Below are positions 1 to 7,631 of a DNA stretch of 64,000 nt, piece by piece. The translations under genes were made by a program, and so were the position numbers. The number at the start of each line of letters is the position of its first letter. The stretch's first letter is position 1. The DNA lies in the sequence record LC727701.1. One strand, written 5' to 3'. A model generated the notes under the pieces. It was not told the DNA's origin, searched no databases, and was given only the letters and a program-made list of their open reading frames with translations.

Positions 1-551
1 TGGGGGCCAAGGTGCTAATACCCCCATTAGTGCTGACCCTAATAAACCTAGCTGGAATATTGATTTTGTATGACCGACACCATTTACGAATTGCATTATC
101 CGATACCCCATACTTTTCTCCTATTTTCACAAGAGATAACAATGTAACGTCAAGGACGAGTTGTTCTTTAGATGGTCGATCAACCTTACGTCGACCTTTG
201 GCAGAACACTCAGGGTTACAGAATTTAATCAATTTATGATTCATTACCCTACCACAAGCACCACAAAGTTTTGTAGGATAGTTCTTTGGATCAATGCCCA
301 GTCGTTTCATCCATGCATGTAGTTTTAGATGCTGTGATTGAGGGAGGATCAAAAGATTATCGGGATGGTTATTGAGTTTGTTCTCATCCAAATGATGAAC
401 CTCTTCGTCATCGTAAAGAGATCTTCCGATTGTATCTTCACCGACTACACGGTGTTCGTATACCCATCCAAACATTTTGGGGTTAGCTTTTGCCTGCCGA
501 TGTTCAGGTAAATACAGAGCCCGATAACCATTAATTATTTTTTTCTTTCAT
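1..551 (-). pseudogene. HNH homing endonuclease (HNH + Cys zinc ribbon + HTH), frameshifted near 5' end, 3' end beyond window
   Basis: Hand translation: ATG at 551 gives MKEKNN-stop because of an A7 run (538-544). The shifted frame reads IINGYRALYLPEHRQAKANPKMFGWVYEHRVV..EVHHLDENKLNNHPDNL..CGAC..CNPEC..IGEKYGVSDNAIRKW and stays open to position 1. Confidence 0.8.
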
Positions 552-603
552 ATCGAACCTAGGGTTTAAAAAATAGATAGCTAGTTCGATCTATAGAACA
601 AGA

Positions 604-629
604 TAAAAGTAGCCAGCTGGCTACTTTTA
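604..629. terminator. Intrinsic terminator-like palindrome
   Basis: TAAAAGTAGCCA-GC-TGGCTACTTTTA, A/T tracts on both sides, 3' of tRNA. Confidence 0.6.
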
Positions 630-634
630 GAAAT

Positions 635-721
635 TGGCTGGTAAGGTAGGATTCGAACCTACGGTGGGCTTTCGCCAACGGATTAACAGTCCGCTCCCTG
701 CTGCCACTCGGGTACTTACCA
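635..721 (-). tRNA. tRNA-Asn(GTT), atypical long variable arm (class II, Tyr-like body)
   Basis: rc TGGTAAG..CCCGAGTGGCAGCAGGG A GCGGA-CT-GTT-AA-TCCGT TGGCGAAAGCCCACC GTAGG-TTCGAAT-CCTAC CTTACCA G CCA. Confidence 0.85.
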
Positions 722-730
722 ATGAAATCG

Positions 731-768
731 TAACAGTCACTTGCTCTACCGACTGAGCTATCACGGAA
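731..768 (-). repeat. Exact 38-bp copy of the 5' half of tRNA-Asn (2857-2894)
   Basis: taacagtcacttgctctaccgactgagctatcacggaa is identical at both positions. Confidence 0.95.
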
Positions 769-928
769 GAATTATGGCGATTTTATATTAGAGATGAGTT
801 ACTGACAACCTAATATAGATATGTAATAACTACATATTATTACAATCTGAGTATTATTTATTTCTTGTTATGACATTATGTAAATAACGTGTAGTTAATC
901 TTATTAGAAACTATCAAAGTTACTAATT

Positions 929-1441
929 CTAACTAAAACGAACCACCATTACCTCTGTACCAAAAGTATCTGCAACCCACTGGTTAAATTCTTTATCAGT
1001 GATACCGCGTAGGTTCAGATTAAATGAGGCATTGTCAACAAGAATATATTTTACAGACGATATTAATTCTTCTTTAATATCTTTTTGAATAGATGATTCC
1101 TCAGGTTGATGAATATATTTACGGAGTTGGTGTGTAATTAAACAAGAAACAATATTATCTTTAGCATTCTGGAACTTAGCCAGTACAGCCTGTTTAATTT
1201 TATCTTCTACAAATACAGCTAGACATTCGCCAGGATGACGATTAGCAAACTCAATCAATGCAGTTGTACTACCACATTGCCGACCTACAAATAATCCAAC
1301 AGTCCTGTATTCACGAATAACAATATGACCAATAGAATTAGATCGATAATTAACCCAGTTCTCATTCGTTTTTTGAATTAAAGCATCTAGGATATCTTGG
1401 TACTTTACAATAGTTCTTACAAACTGATTAGAGTTAGTCAT
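929..1441 (-). CDS. Hypothetical protein, degenerate P-loop (GRQCGST) and Walker B-like YILVD
   Basis: 170-aa ORF; motifs by inspection. Confidence 0.7.
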   Translation of the reverse strand: MTNSNQFVRTIVKYQDILDALIQKTNENWVNYRSNSIGHIVIREYRTVGLFVGRQCGSTTALIEFANRHPGECLAVFVEDKIKQAVLAKFQNAKDNIVSCLITHQLRKYIHQPEESSIQKDIKEELISSVKYILVDNASFNLNLRGITDKEFNQWVADTFGTEVMVVRFS

Positions 1442-1725
1442 AATAGACTCCTTTATTACAATGTAGCATAGATTCAGTTTTTTAACTGGAATTAAATGCC
1501 GATTTTGAAAAGGTGATAAAACCTTTTCTCATCTATAAATGAATTTATAATAGTAACAATGAATATAACCAGGGGTGGCAAACCCCTGGCATTTAGACAC
1601 ACTCTATAATAAGTTCTACCACCGAGTGTGTTTAGTGGATAGATTTAAGAATACTTTATTATAGTACTCTTACATAATATCATCGTGCCAGTATAATTAT
1701 CTAAATAGTTATAAATATTATTATT

Positions 1726-2733
1726 TTAATCAATGATTAATGGTGCTAGTTTTACCTGATAGATACCTGATAACAATTGGCTTTTCAACATATATGCTCC
1801 ACCACCAACTGGCATTTTAGATCCACCTACAATGATCATGCTATTATCCGGACCTTTAGCTATAGATGAAATATTAAGGAATCCGATACCTAGTTCAAAT
1901 GGTTCAGCCCATTTCCGGCGCCTAATATTAAAACGTTGTGCAAACATTTTAGTTACACCGCCGACATCAACAGCGTTAAGGTAATTAAAATAGTCCCCAT
2001 CTACATAACCATTACCTTGCCAGATTGTTCCTTTATCAGCAGGTATAATCATCCAAGGTGTTTGCTCCCATATTAAGGTAGTTGCATTATATCGATAAAC
2101 TTCAAGATTAGGTATGTTCTTTGTATTATCCCAACCACCAAAATGGTAAAAGTAACCATTATAAAAGAATAACTGTTGACCTGAACGAGCACCACCTGAA
2201 TAGTCTTGCCCGCTAAGCCAAGACTTACTTGATGGTTTTAATCGCATTGCGTTTACGCCAATTGGGTTAACGCATAGAATAAGATCATTACCATCTGATG
2301 CGGAGGCTGTGCCCCAAAGTGGTACGGGACCACTATATCGCTCAACCCTATTGCCTGTAGCTATATCAAAATGTTGTATAAAGTTAGATGTTCCCGTACC
2401 ACCATTACCAGCCGAGTTCCATCCAGTAATACCGCCATAAACAATAAAGTTATTCTTATGTAATGTCCCAAATCCTAAAGATACCCCTGGTAAGAATGTT
2501 CCAGAAGCAGTTGCACCTATATCGGCAAATGGCGATATGGTAAAACGTCTGAACACAGTTGCAGCTGTTTGTCCTTCAGTATGATGACCAGATCCAACAT
2601 ACAGTGTATTTCCATCCACATATGACATTGTACCAGCTAACGCTACAGGTAGATCACCTAATTTAATAATTTCATTAAATCCAACCAAGGGTAACTCTTC
2701 GCCTATATCTGGTGATAATAGTAATTCAAACAT
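1726..2733 (-). CDS. Kelch-repeat beta-propeller protein
   Basis: Repeated hhhhGG motifs (IVYGG, YHFGGWD, IIVGG) with downstream Y/W. Confidence 0.7.
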   Translation of the reverse strand: MFELLLSPDIGEELPLVGFNEIIKLGDLPVALAGTMSYVDGNTLYVGSGHHTEGQTAATVFRRFTISPFADIGATASGTFLPGVSLGFGTLHKNNFIVYGGITGWNSAGNGGTGTSNFIQHFDIATGNRVERYSGPVPLWGTASASDGNDLILCVNPIGVNAMRLKPSSKSWLSGQDYSGGARSGQQLFFYNGYFYHFGGWDNTKNIPNLEVYRYNATTLIWEQTPWMIIPADKGTIWQGNGYVDGDYFNYLNAVDVGGVTKMFAQRFNIRRRKWAEPFELGIGFLNISSIAKGPDNSMIIVGGSKMPVGGGAYMLKSQLLSGIYQVKLAPLIID

Positions 2734-2787
2734 GAGTGTGCTCTCAAGTAAATCATTTTAATTCATAAGATAACCCATGGCAACATA

Positions 2788-2811
2788 AAAGAGTAGCCGA
2801 AGCTACTCTTT
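2788..2811 (-). terminator. Intrinsic terminator after tRNA-Asn
   Basis: 10-bp stem, TTCG loop on minus strand, T tract. Confidence 0.75.
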
Positions 2812-2817
2812 AGAATA

Positions 2818-2893
<76 letters not shown>

Positions 2894-2899
2894 ATTAAA

Positions 2900-2976
2900 T
2901 GGCGCGCCCAAGGGGACTCGAACCCCTGACCACCCGCGTGACAGGCGGGTATTCTAACCAACTGAACTATGAGCGC
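2900..2976 (-). tRNA. tRNA-Asp(GTC)
   Basis: 77-nt cloverleaf, CCCGC-CT-GTC-AC-GCGGG, encoded CCA. Confidence 0.95.
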
Positions 2977-3028
2977 AAACGTATGGACATGACTTCCTAC
3001 ATAGTATTACATAACCAGTAATATTTTA

Positions 3029-3376
3029 TTACGGGCGATCAGTCCAGTGCTTGAAATAGTTACCATCCTTGGGACGATCGTACTTAGCAAGAATATTTTT
3101 AAGTTCTTCGCCGGACAACTTAATACTATCGCCTACTGGGCTATCCAGTTCAGGGCAAGGTTCAGTTTTACGTGTAATGATTAAATTATCAGTCCCATCT
3201 TTGAAGATAAAGATAAACTGCGTTTCATTAGCACTAATCTTTTTCTTAACGCAATGCTTTACTTCTGGATGTTTCTTGTGGATCGCTACAAAAGATTCAA
3301 CAAGAGTTAGCTTTATAAACTCAGGGCTAATAAATGTGAAATATACAGCGCTCTGCGTTGGGGTTAGATGATCCAT
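3029..3376 (-). CDS. Hypothetical protein in tRNA cluster
   Basis: 115-aa ORF, GGAG RBS, co-oriented with cluster. Confidence 0.65.
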   Translation of the reverse strand: MDHLTPTQSAVYFTFISPEFIKLTLVESFVAIHKKHPEVKHCVKKKISANETQFIFIFKDGTDNLIITRKTEPCPELDSPVGDSIKLSGEELKNILAKYDRPKDGNYFKHWTDRP

Positions 3377-3378
3377 AT

Positions 3379-3684
3379 TTACTCCGTATGTTTGAGATAG
3401 GCTTTAACTGCTTTAAGACCTTTATTAAAGAACATAGCTTCAACATAAGTAATGTTACTTACATCCTCGCCGATAAGTTCCCATTTGATGCAACGTGTAA
3501 CAGCGTTGATTGTAATATCTAATCCGTTTGGGAATAGGGTTACTTCATCGGTCAGGTGAATCCAATCGGGAGCCTTCGCTCCATTACGTAAACGGGGACT
3601 AAAAGTAAGATTATAAAGTGTTTGTAATGGTTGTCTCAATAGTTCTTTTTGTTCTTGATGTTCCATGTATTTTCCTAGAGACAT
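3379..3684 (-). CDS. Hypothetical protein in tRNA cluster
   Basis: 101-aa ORF packed between neighbours. Confidence 0.6.
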   Translation of the reverse strand: MSLGKYMEHQEQKELLRQPLQTLYNLTFSPRLRNGAKAPDWIHLTDEVTLFPNGLDITINAVTRCIKWELIGEDVSNITYVEAMFFNKGLKAVKAYLKHTE

Positions 3685-3896
3685 TTAAAAATATAAATAG
3701 AATGGTTATCTCTTTCGGTTATCTTTAGAGTATTCTCATTTCGAATAACTTCAAGAGACTTGTATTTATGTTCCAGAATATCCAGATGAGAAATACACTG
3801 TTCCCTATTTTCAAATAGGATATTACTTTCATTAGTCGAAATGAAACCAAATAATCCAACTTTGATAGATAATACCAACATTATTACTGTATTCAT
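3675..3896 (-). CDS. Small protein with hydrophobic N-terminus
   Basis: ATG 3896 after GAGG RBS; MNTVIMLVLSIKVGLFGF. Confidence 0.55.
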   Translation of the reverse strand: MNTVIMLVLSIKVGLFGFISTNESNILFENREQCISHLDILEHKYKSLEVIRNENTLKITERDNHSIYIFKCL

Positions 3897-3921
3897 GTTT
3901 TCCTCAATGAGACAGTATAAA

Positions 3922-3942
3922 ACCTCCCTCAAGTGGGAGGCT
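3922..3942 (-). terminator. CCTCCC/GGGAGG hairpin after tRNA
   Basis: Stem-loop followed by T tract on minus strand. Confidence 0.55.
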
Positions 3943-3948
3943 AGTATA

Positions 3949-4025
3949 TGGTGGGCCCAGCAGGACTTGAACCTGCGACCAAGCGATTATGAGTCGCCTG
4001 CTCTAACCAACTGAGCTATAGGCCC
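3949..4025 (-). tRNA. tRNA(CAT), most likely tRNA-Ile2 (lysidine, reads AUA) rather than Met
   Basis: GAGCAGGCGACTCATAATCGCTTGGTCGC matches the enterobacterial ileX-type body as recalled. Confidence 0.85.
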
Positions 4026-4032
4026 TTTTTAT

Positions 4033-4326
4033 TTATTCTGGTAAGAATGTTCCATCTTTTTGACGGACTAATACACCTGACCATTTGAATGTATTTGTAT
4101 CACTAGCAGGGCACTCTCTAATTACATTGGTTCTAAATGTGCCATGTGGATAGGTTACAGTGAATGTAATATGATTATTACAAACATGCAATACAGAAGA
4201 CTTTGCTTCTGTTAGATAGTGTAAGCCTTGAGCTAATTGAATATTAGTTAATTCAGGGTCACTAAGAATAGCGTAAAGAGCTGTTCCTATAATTTGATGT
4301 TCCCATGATATCCATTTATTATCCAT
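4033..4326 (-). CDS. Hypothetical protein in tRNA cluster
   Basis: 97-aa ORF with AGGA RBS. Confidence 0.6.
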   Translation of the reverse strand: MDNKWISWEHQIIGTALYAILSDPELTNIQLAQGLHYLTEAKSSVLHVCNNHITFTVTYPHGTFRTNVIRECPASDTNTFKWSGVLVRQKDGTFLPE

Positions 4327-4347
4327 CCTATTTACCTATTATTAAAA

Positions 4348-4423
4348 TGGTCGGAGTGGGGAGACTCGAACTCCCGACATCCTGCTCCCAAAGCAGGTGC
4401 GCTACCAACTGCGCTACACTCCG
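4348..4423 (-). tRNA. tRNA-Pro(TGG)
   Basis: CCTGC-TT-TGG-GA-GCAGG, encoded CCA. Confidence 0.95.
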
Positions 4424-4432
4424 TATTTAAAT

Positions 4433-4517
4433 TGGTGCCCGAAGTCGGATTCGAACCGACAAGACCGTAGCCGGAAGATTTTAAGTCTTCTGTGTTTACC
4501 AATTTCACCATTCGGGC
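4433..4517 (-). tRNA. tRNA-Leu(TAA)
   Basis: 85 nt, GAAGA-CT-TAA-AA-TCTTC, long variable arm, encoded CCA. Confidence 0.95.
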
Positions 4518-4575
4518 ATTGTGCTTCAATACATAACATGTAATACTAGGTATTTTATTACAACTTATTTTAAAT

Positions 4576-5028
4576 TCAACGTGGCCATTGTAAAGAAGTT
4601 ATCTTATTACCATTAATGTAGACATCGGTCACTTCGCACCAATCATTAATTCTGTGCTCAATAATTGGCACATCATTTCGGCCAGCCACTCCAATCATAT
4701 TCCATTTAACATAAATATTCATTAGATCAATTGTTAATTTCTCTTTTATGAGTTTAGGAGAAATTAATTTAATATTATTAATGTTAAAGAAGTAATTATT
4801 AACTTCTTCTAAATATTCATTAGTATTAGTAGTACTAACTTTACCTTCATGTTCAAGTGAAGATGGTTTATTTTGATTTACAATATTATTCACTAGACTT
4901 CTTAAAACGGCGCTTGCCCTACCAGCTTCACGTCTTTTATATTTATCATAGTCTTTTACATTAGCTGCAATTTTATCAAATTCTTTTTGGGCATAGATTA
5001 ACCCTGGTAAAAGTTCATTCTTAATCAT
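4576..5028 (-). CDS. Hypothetical protein
   Basis: 150-aa ORF, GAG RBS. Confidence 0.6.
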   Translation of the reverse strand: MIKNELLPGLIYAQKEFDKIAANVKDYDKYKRREAGRASAVLRSLVNNIVNQNKPSSLEHEGKVSTTNTNEYLEEVNNYFFNINNIKLISPKLIKEKLTIDLMNIYVKWNMIGVAGRNDVPIIEHRINDWCEVTDVYINGNKITSLQWPR

Positions 5029-5084
5029 TTTATAATTACTCTATGTTATTTGTACATATTTTAACATACTCACGTAAAAACAAA

Positions 5085-5239
5085 ATATAAAGCCTCCCCG
5101 AAGGGAGGCGATATATCGTCATTAATGCCCAGCAAAGAGTTTTACTCTCTGGGAGCCAGTTGGAAGGGGGACTGGCTCCGATTTATTATGACTAATGTAG
5201 AAACGAGGGGGAGGGATCATTTCTACATATCATTACATA
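5085..5239 (-). ncRNA. Candidate sRNA with two C-rich-loop hairpins ending in a UUCG terminator
   Basis: Stems 5194-5202/5220-5228 and 5151-5159/5170-5178, terminator 5092-5109, TATG at 5239-5236; no ORF. Confidence 0.5.
5092..5109 (-). terminator. Intrinsic terminator
   Basis: GCCTCCC-TTCG-GGGAGGC then T-rich tract on minus strand. Confidence 0.85.
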
Positions 5240-5248
5240 CTCAGTAAG

Positions 5249-7132
5249 TTATTCTTCAATACCAATGACCGTATTGCGTTCATTGGTGTTCTCTACGGTT
5301 GAACCACTTGGGAAGCTACTGACAGATGCTTGCATTAGTTTCAACATGTCGATAGCAAATACTCGATATGTAGATTCAACCTTAGCGTCGTCGTACGATG
5401 CATGAATGTTAAGAATGGCATTATCGGCCCTTTTAGCCAGCAGATATACATCCTCAAGAGCATCTTTATCTTTAATAGTGGATAGCTTATGTTTGTAGAT
5501 ATCCCCATTGACAGATAGGTCAGGATACTGGGCTACCCAAGTGTCCGCAATAGTCTTAGTGTTGTTAGACAGAACGTCAATGATAACGTTAGCTGCTTCC
5601 ACAATACCGGTAGCATCAAGCAACTTAATCTTAGCACCAGCATTATCTGGCCATTTGGGTTCTTGGAAGTTTGTCTTTACATTGGGTTTCCATTCAGCCA
5701 GAAGAGTAGCGACTTTCTTAGGGTCTTGCCAATCATTCCCTTTGAACAGATTAACCACGGGGGCTAGTATCTTACTGTTCTCATCCAGAACTTTCTGGTT
5801 GTGACGATCAGCTTTAGCTACAGCATTAGTGATATTGGCTTTTGCGGTCTTAGGATCATTAGACGCGAACGTCTCGTAACTCGATACTTTTACTTCGCCG
5901 GTTTTAAGCTTTGCTTCTGCCACCCATTTGGCATCACCATAGGTACTTTTCAGTGTAGCAATAGCTTTCTTCTTTTTATCAAGATTGATCTCAGGGCCAG
6001 AGTCGAAGATACTCTTAATGGTGTCGATAAGACCTTCATTTGAGACTTGTATAAAACCGGGAGTATTAATGATGGACTTCTCTACATACCCGCCACGAAT
6101 AACTCGATTTATAAAACCATTAAGACCACTACCAGTTTCGGCCATATCTTTCATGATTTCTATATTTGTTTCACCAGCACTCTGGGCATTGTATAAATAA
6201 TAAGAACCATCTTTAAATTTTAGTATAATCCAGTCATCTCCAGTTAGATATGAATCAATATTACTATCATTCATACTTTGGTATTTAATGAATTCTGGAT
6301 TAGTACTTAGTACTTCTTCAATAAACTCTTCTAATGCCGCAGAATTATTAATAGCATCAACAGGTGGAATTTCACCATCAATGGGTTCAGTAGTTGGACC
6401 AGTAACAATGGCAGGTAACGGATCCTCCTCTACAATAACAGTTTCTTCCACTGGTAGAGCACCACATGAAGCATCAATTAGTTTATTAAAACTACTAATG
6501 ATCTCACCAAGTGCTACAAGAACTGCTGGCTGTTCAACTTGTTCAACTTTAGCAATACCAGTTTCTGTAAATTCTTCAGTGATTCGGTTATAAACTTCTA
6601 CTAGTTGGTTAGTAAGTTCTGCTACTTTTGGCAGAGTCTGCTTAGACAGAGGTTCAACTACAGTTGTATCTGCTTCAACAAAAATAGAATCATCTTCTTC
6701 TAAACGGCTAGTATTAGCTGAGCCAGCTGTGAAGTTATAAGGCATATCTTGAATTACTTCATTAATTTCAGATGCCTCCATATCTTCATTTAGACGACCA
6801 CTATAAGTACGCATCATACCTTCTGCTTCTTTAATAGTGGAATGCGCTAAGCGTCCCCAATCACCACGCATAATACCGCGCTCGGTAAGACCGCGTGCAG
6901 CTGAACCAAGATCAATAGGTTCTTCAATAAATGATTGTTCTTCAACCCACTCTTCATTACTGTAACATTCTTTTAGAATGGTTTTAAATTTAGTACTAAA
7001 GGGTTGTAGAATCTTTTTATCTACTTGTTCAACATTTGTTTTAAAGTGTTCTAGACTTGGTGTAGCTTTTGAAGATACTTTTTCAGTACCGCTATATAGC
7101 GTACGGTTTAGGAAGTTTAGCATTTTATTCAT
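5249..7132 (-). CDS. Virion head/ejection protein (phiKZ gp303-like)
   Basis: 627 aa; S-x-E|G prohead-protease-type site (VSNE|GLID); position next to nrdB. Confidence 0.65.
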   Translation of the reverse strand: MNKMLNFLNRTLYSGTEKVSSKATPSLEHFKTNVEQVDKKILQPFSTKFKTILKECYSNEEWVEEQSFIEEPIDLGSAARGLTERGIMRGDWGRLAHSTIKEAEGMMRTYSGRLNEDMEASEINEVIQDMPYNFTAGSANTSRLEEDDSIFVEADTTVVEPLSKQTLPKVAELTNQLVEVYNRITEEFTETGIAKVEQVEQPAVLVALGEIISSFNKLIDASCGALPVEETVIVEEDPLPAIVTGPTTEPIDGEIPPVDAINNSAALEEFIEEVLSTNPEFIKYQSMNDSNIDSYLTGDDWIILKFKDGSYYLYNAQSAGETNIEIMKDMAETGSGLNGFINRVIRGGYVEKSIINTPGFIQVSNEGLIDTIKSIFDSGPEINLDKKKKAIATLKSTYGDAKWVAEAKLKTGEVKVSSYETFASNDPKTAKANITNAVAKADRHNQKVLDENSKILAPVVNLFKGNDWQDPKKVATLLAEWKPNVKTNFQEPKWPDNAGAKIKLLDATGIVEAANVIIDVLSNNTKTIADTWVAQYPDLSVNGDIYKHKLSTIKDKDALEDVYLLAKRADNAILNIHASYDDAKVESTYRVFAIDMLKLMQASVSSFPSGSTVENTNERNTVIGIEE

Positions 7133-7187
7133 GTCTACTCTCTCGTTGATGACTGTTAATAAGAGTGCTATAGAATTGTTAGCATAA

Positions 7188-7209
7188 ACCCTCCCAATTA
7201 AGGGAGGGT
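7188..7209 (-). terminator. Terminator hairpin
   Basis: ACCCTCCC-N6-GGGAGGGT. Confidence 0.7.
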
Positions 7210-7217
7210 CATTATGT

Positions 7218-7631
7218 CTACATTATATCTCGTGTACCATCATTCATTTCAACAACAGTGACTTTATCACCAACCTTTGGTTTTTCATTGGTAACTGTTT
7301 GAACCATGTACTGCTTGCCATCTGTATTAACAATCAGTTTACATTGAAATGTTTCAGTAGCACTAACATTATTACCGACTGCGCCGCCTGCGGCACCACC
7401 GATTAAACCACCTACCCAACCTCCAGATTTACCAAAGATTGCTCGACCTAACACAGCGCCTGCGGTGGCTCCAACCGCACCTCCAACAGTAGTGCCGACA
7501 ACACTACTATCTTTAGCAACTAGCTGACATTCTGAATGTGCAATAATACCATCTGTAGTTGATTTTACTTCAGTTGCTGCAAATAGGACAGTGGACCACA
7601 TTAAAACTACGAATGCGATAATCTTAATCAT
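7218..7631 (-). CDS. Glycine-zipper 2TM exported protein (YcfJ/SlyB-like)
   Basis: Signal peptide then GGAVGATAGAVLG..GGLIGGAAGGAVG. Confidence 0.75.
   Translation of the reverse strand: MIKIIAFVVLMWSTVLFAATEVKSTTDGIIAHSECQLVAKDSSVVGTTVGGAVGATAGAVLGRAIFGKSGGWVGGLIGGAAGGAVGNNVSATETFQCKLIVNTDGKQYMVQTVTNEKPKVGDKVTVVEMNDGTRDIM

Noticed and set aside
12-239. 75-aa plus-strand ORF
   Set aside because: Antisense shadow of the HNH frame
770-850. Additional tRNA ending in CCA at 775-777
   Set aside because: No cloverleaf; best explained as the tail of the tRNA-Asn/Asp duplication
4332-4529. 65-aa ORF on the minus strand
   Set aside because: It is a translation through tRNA-Leu and tRNA-Pro genes
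5508-7187. Several plus-strand ORFs opposite gp303, and similar antisense or nested ORFs throughout (e.g. 14056-14538, 17447-17806, 22000-22431, 33424-33774, 56760-57902)
   Set aside because: Shadows of real genes; no RBS and no protein-like motifs
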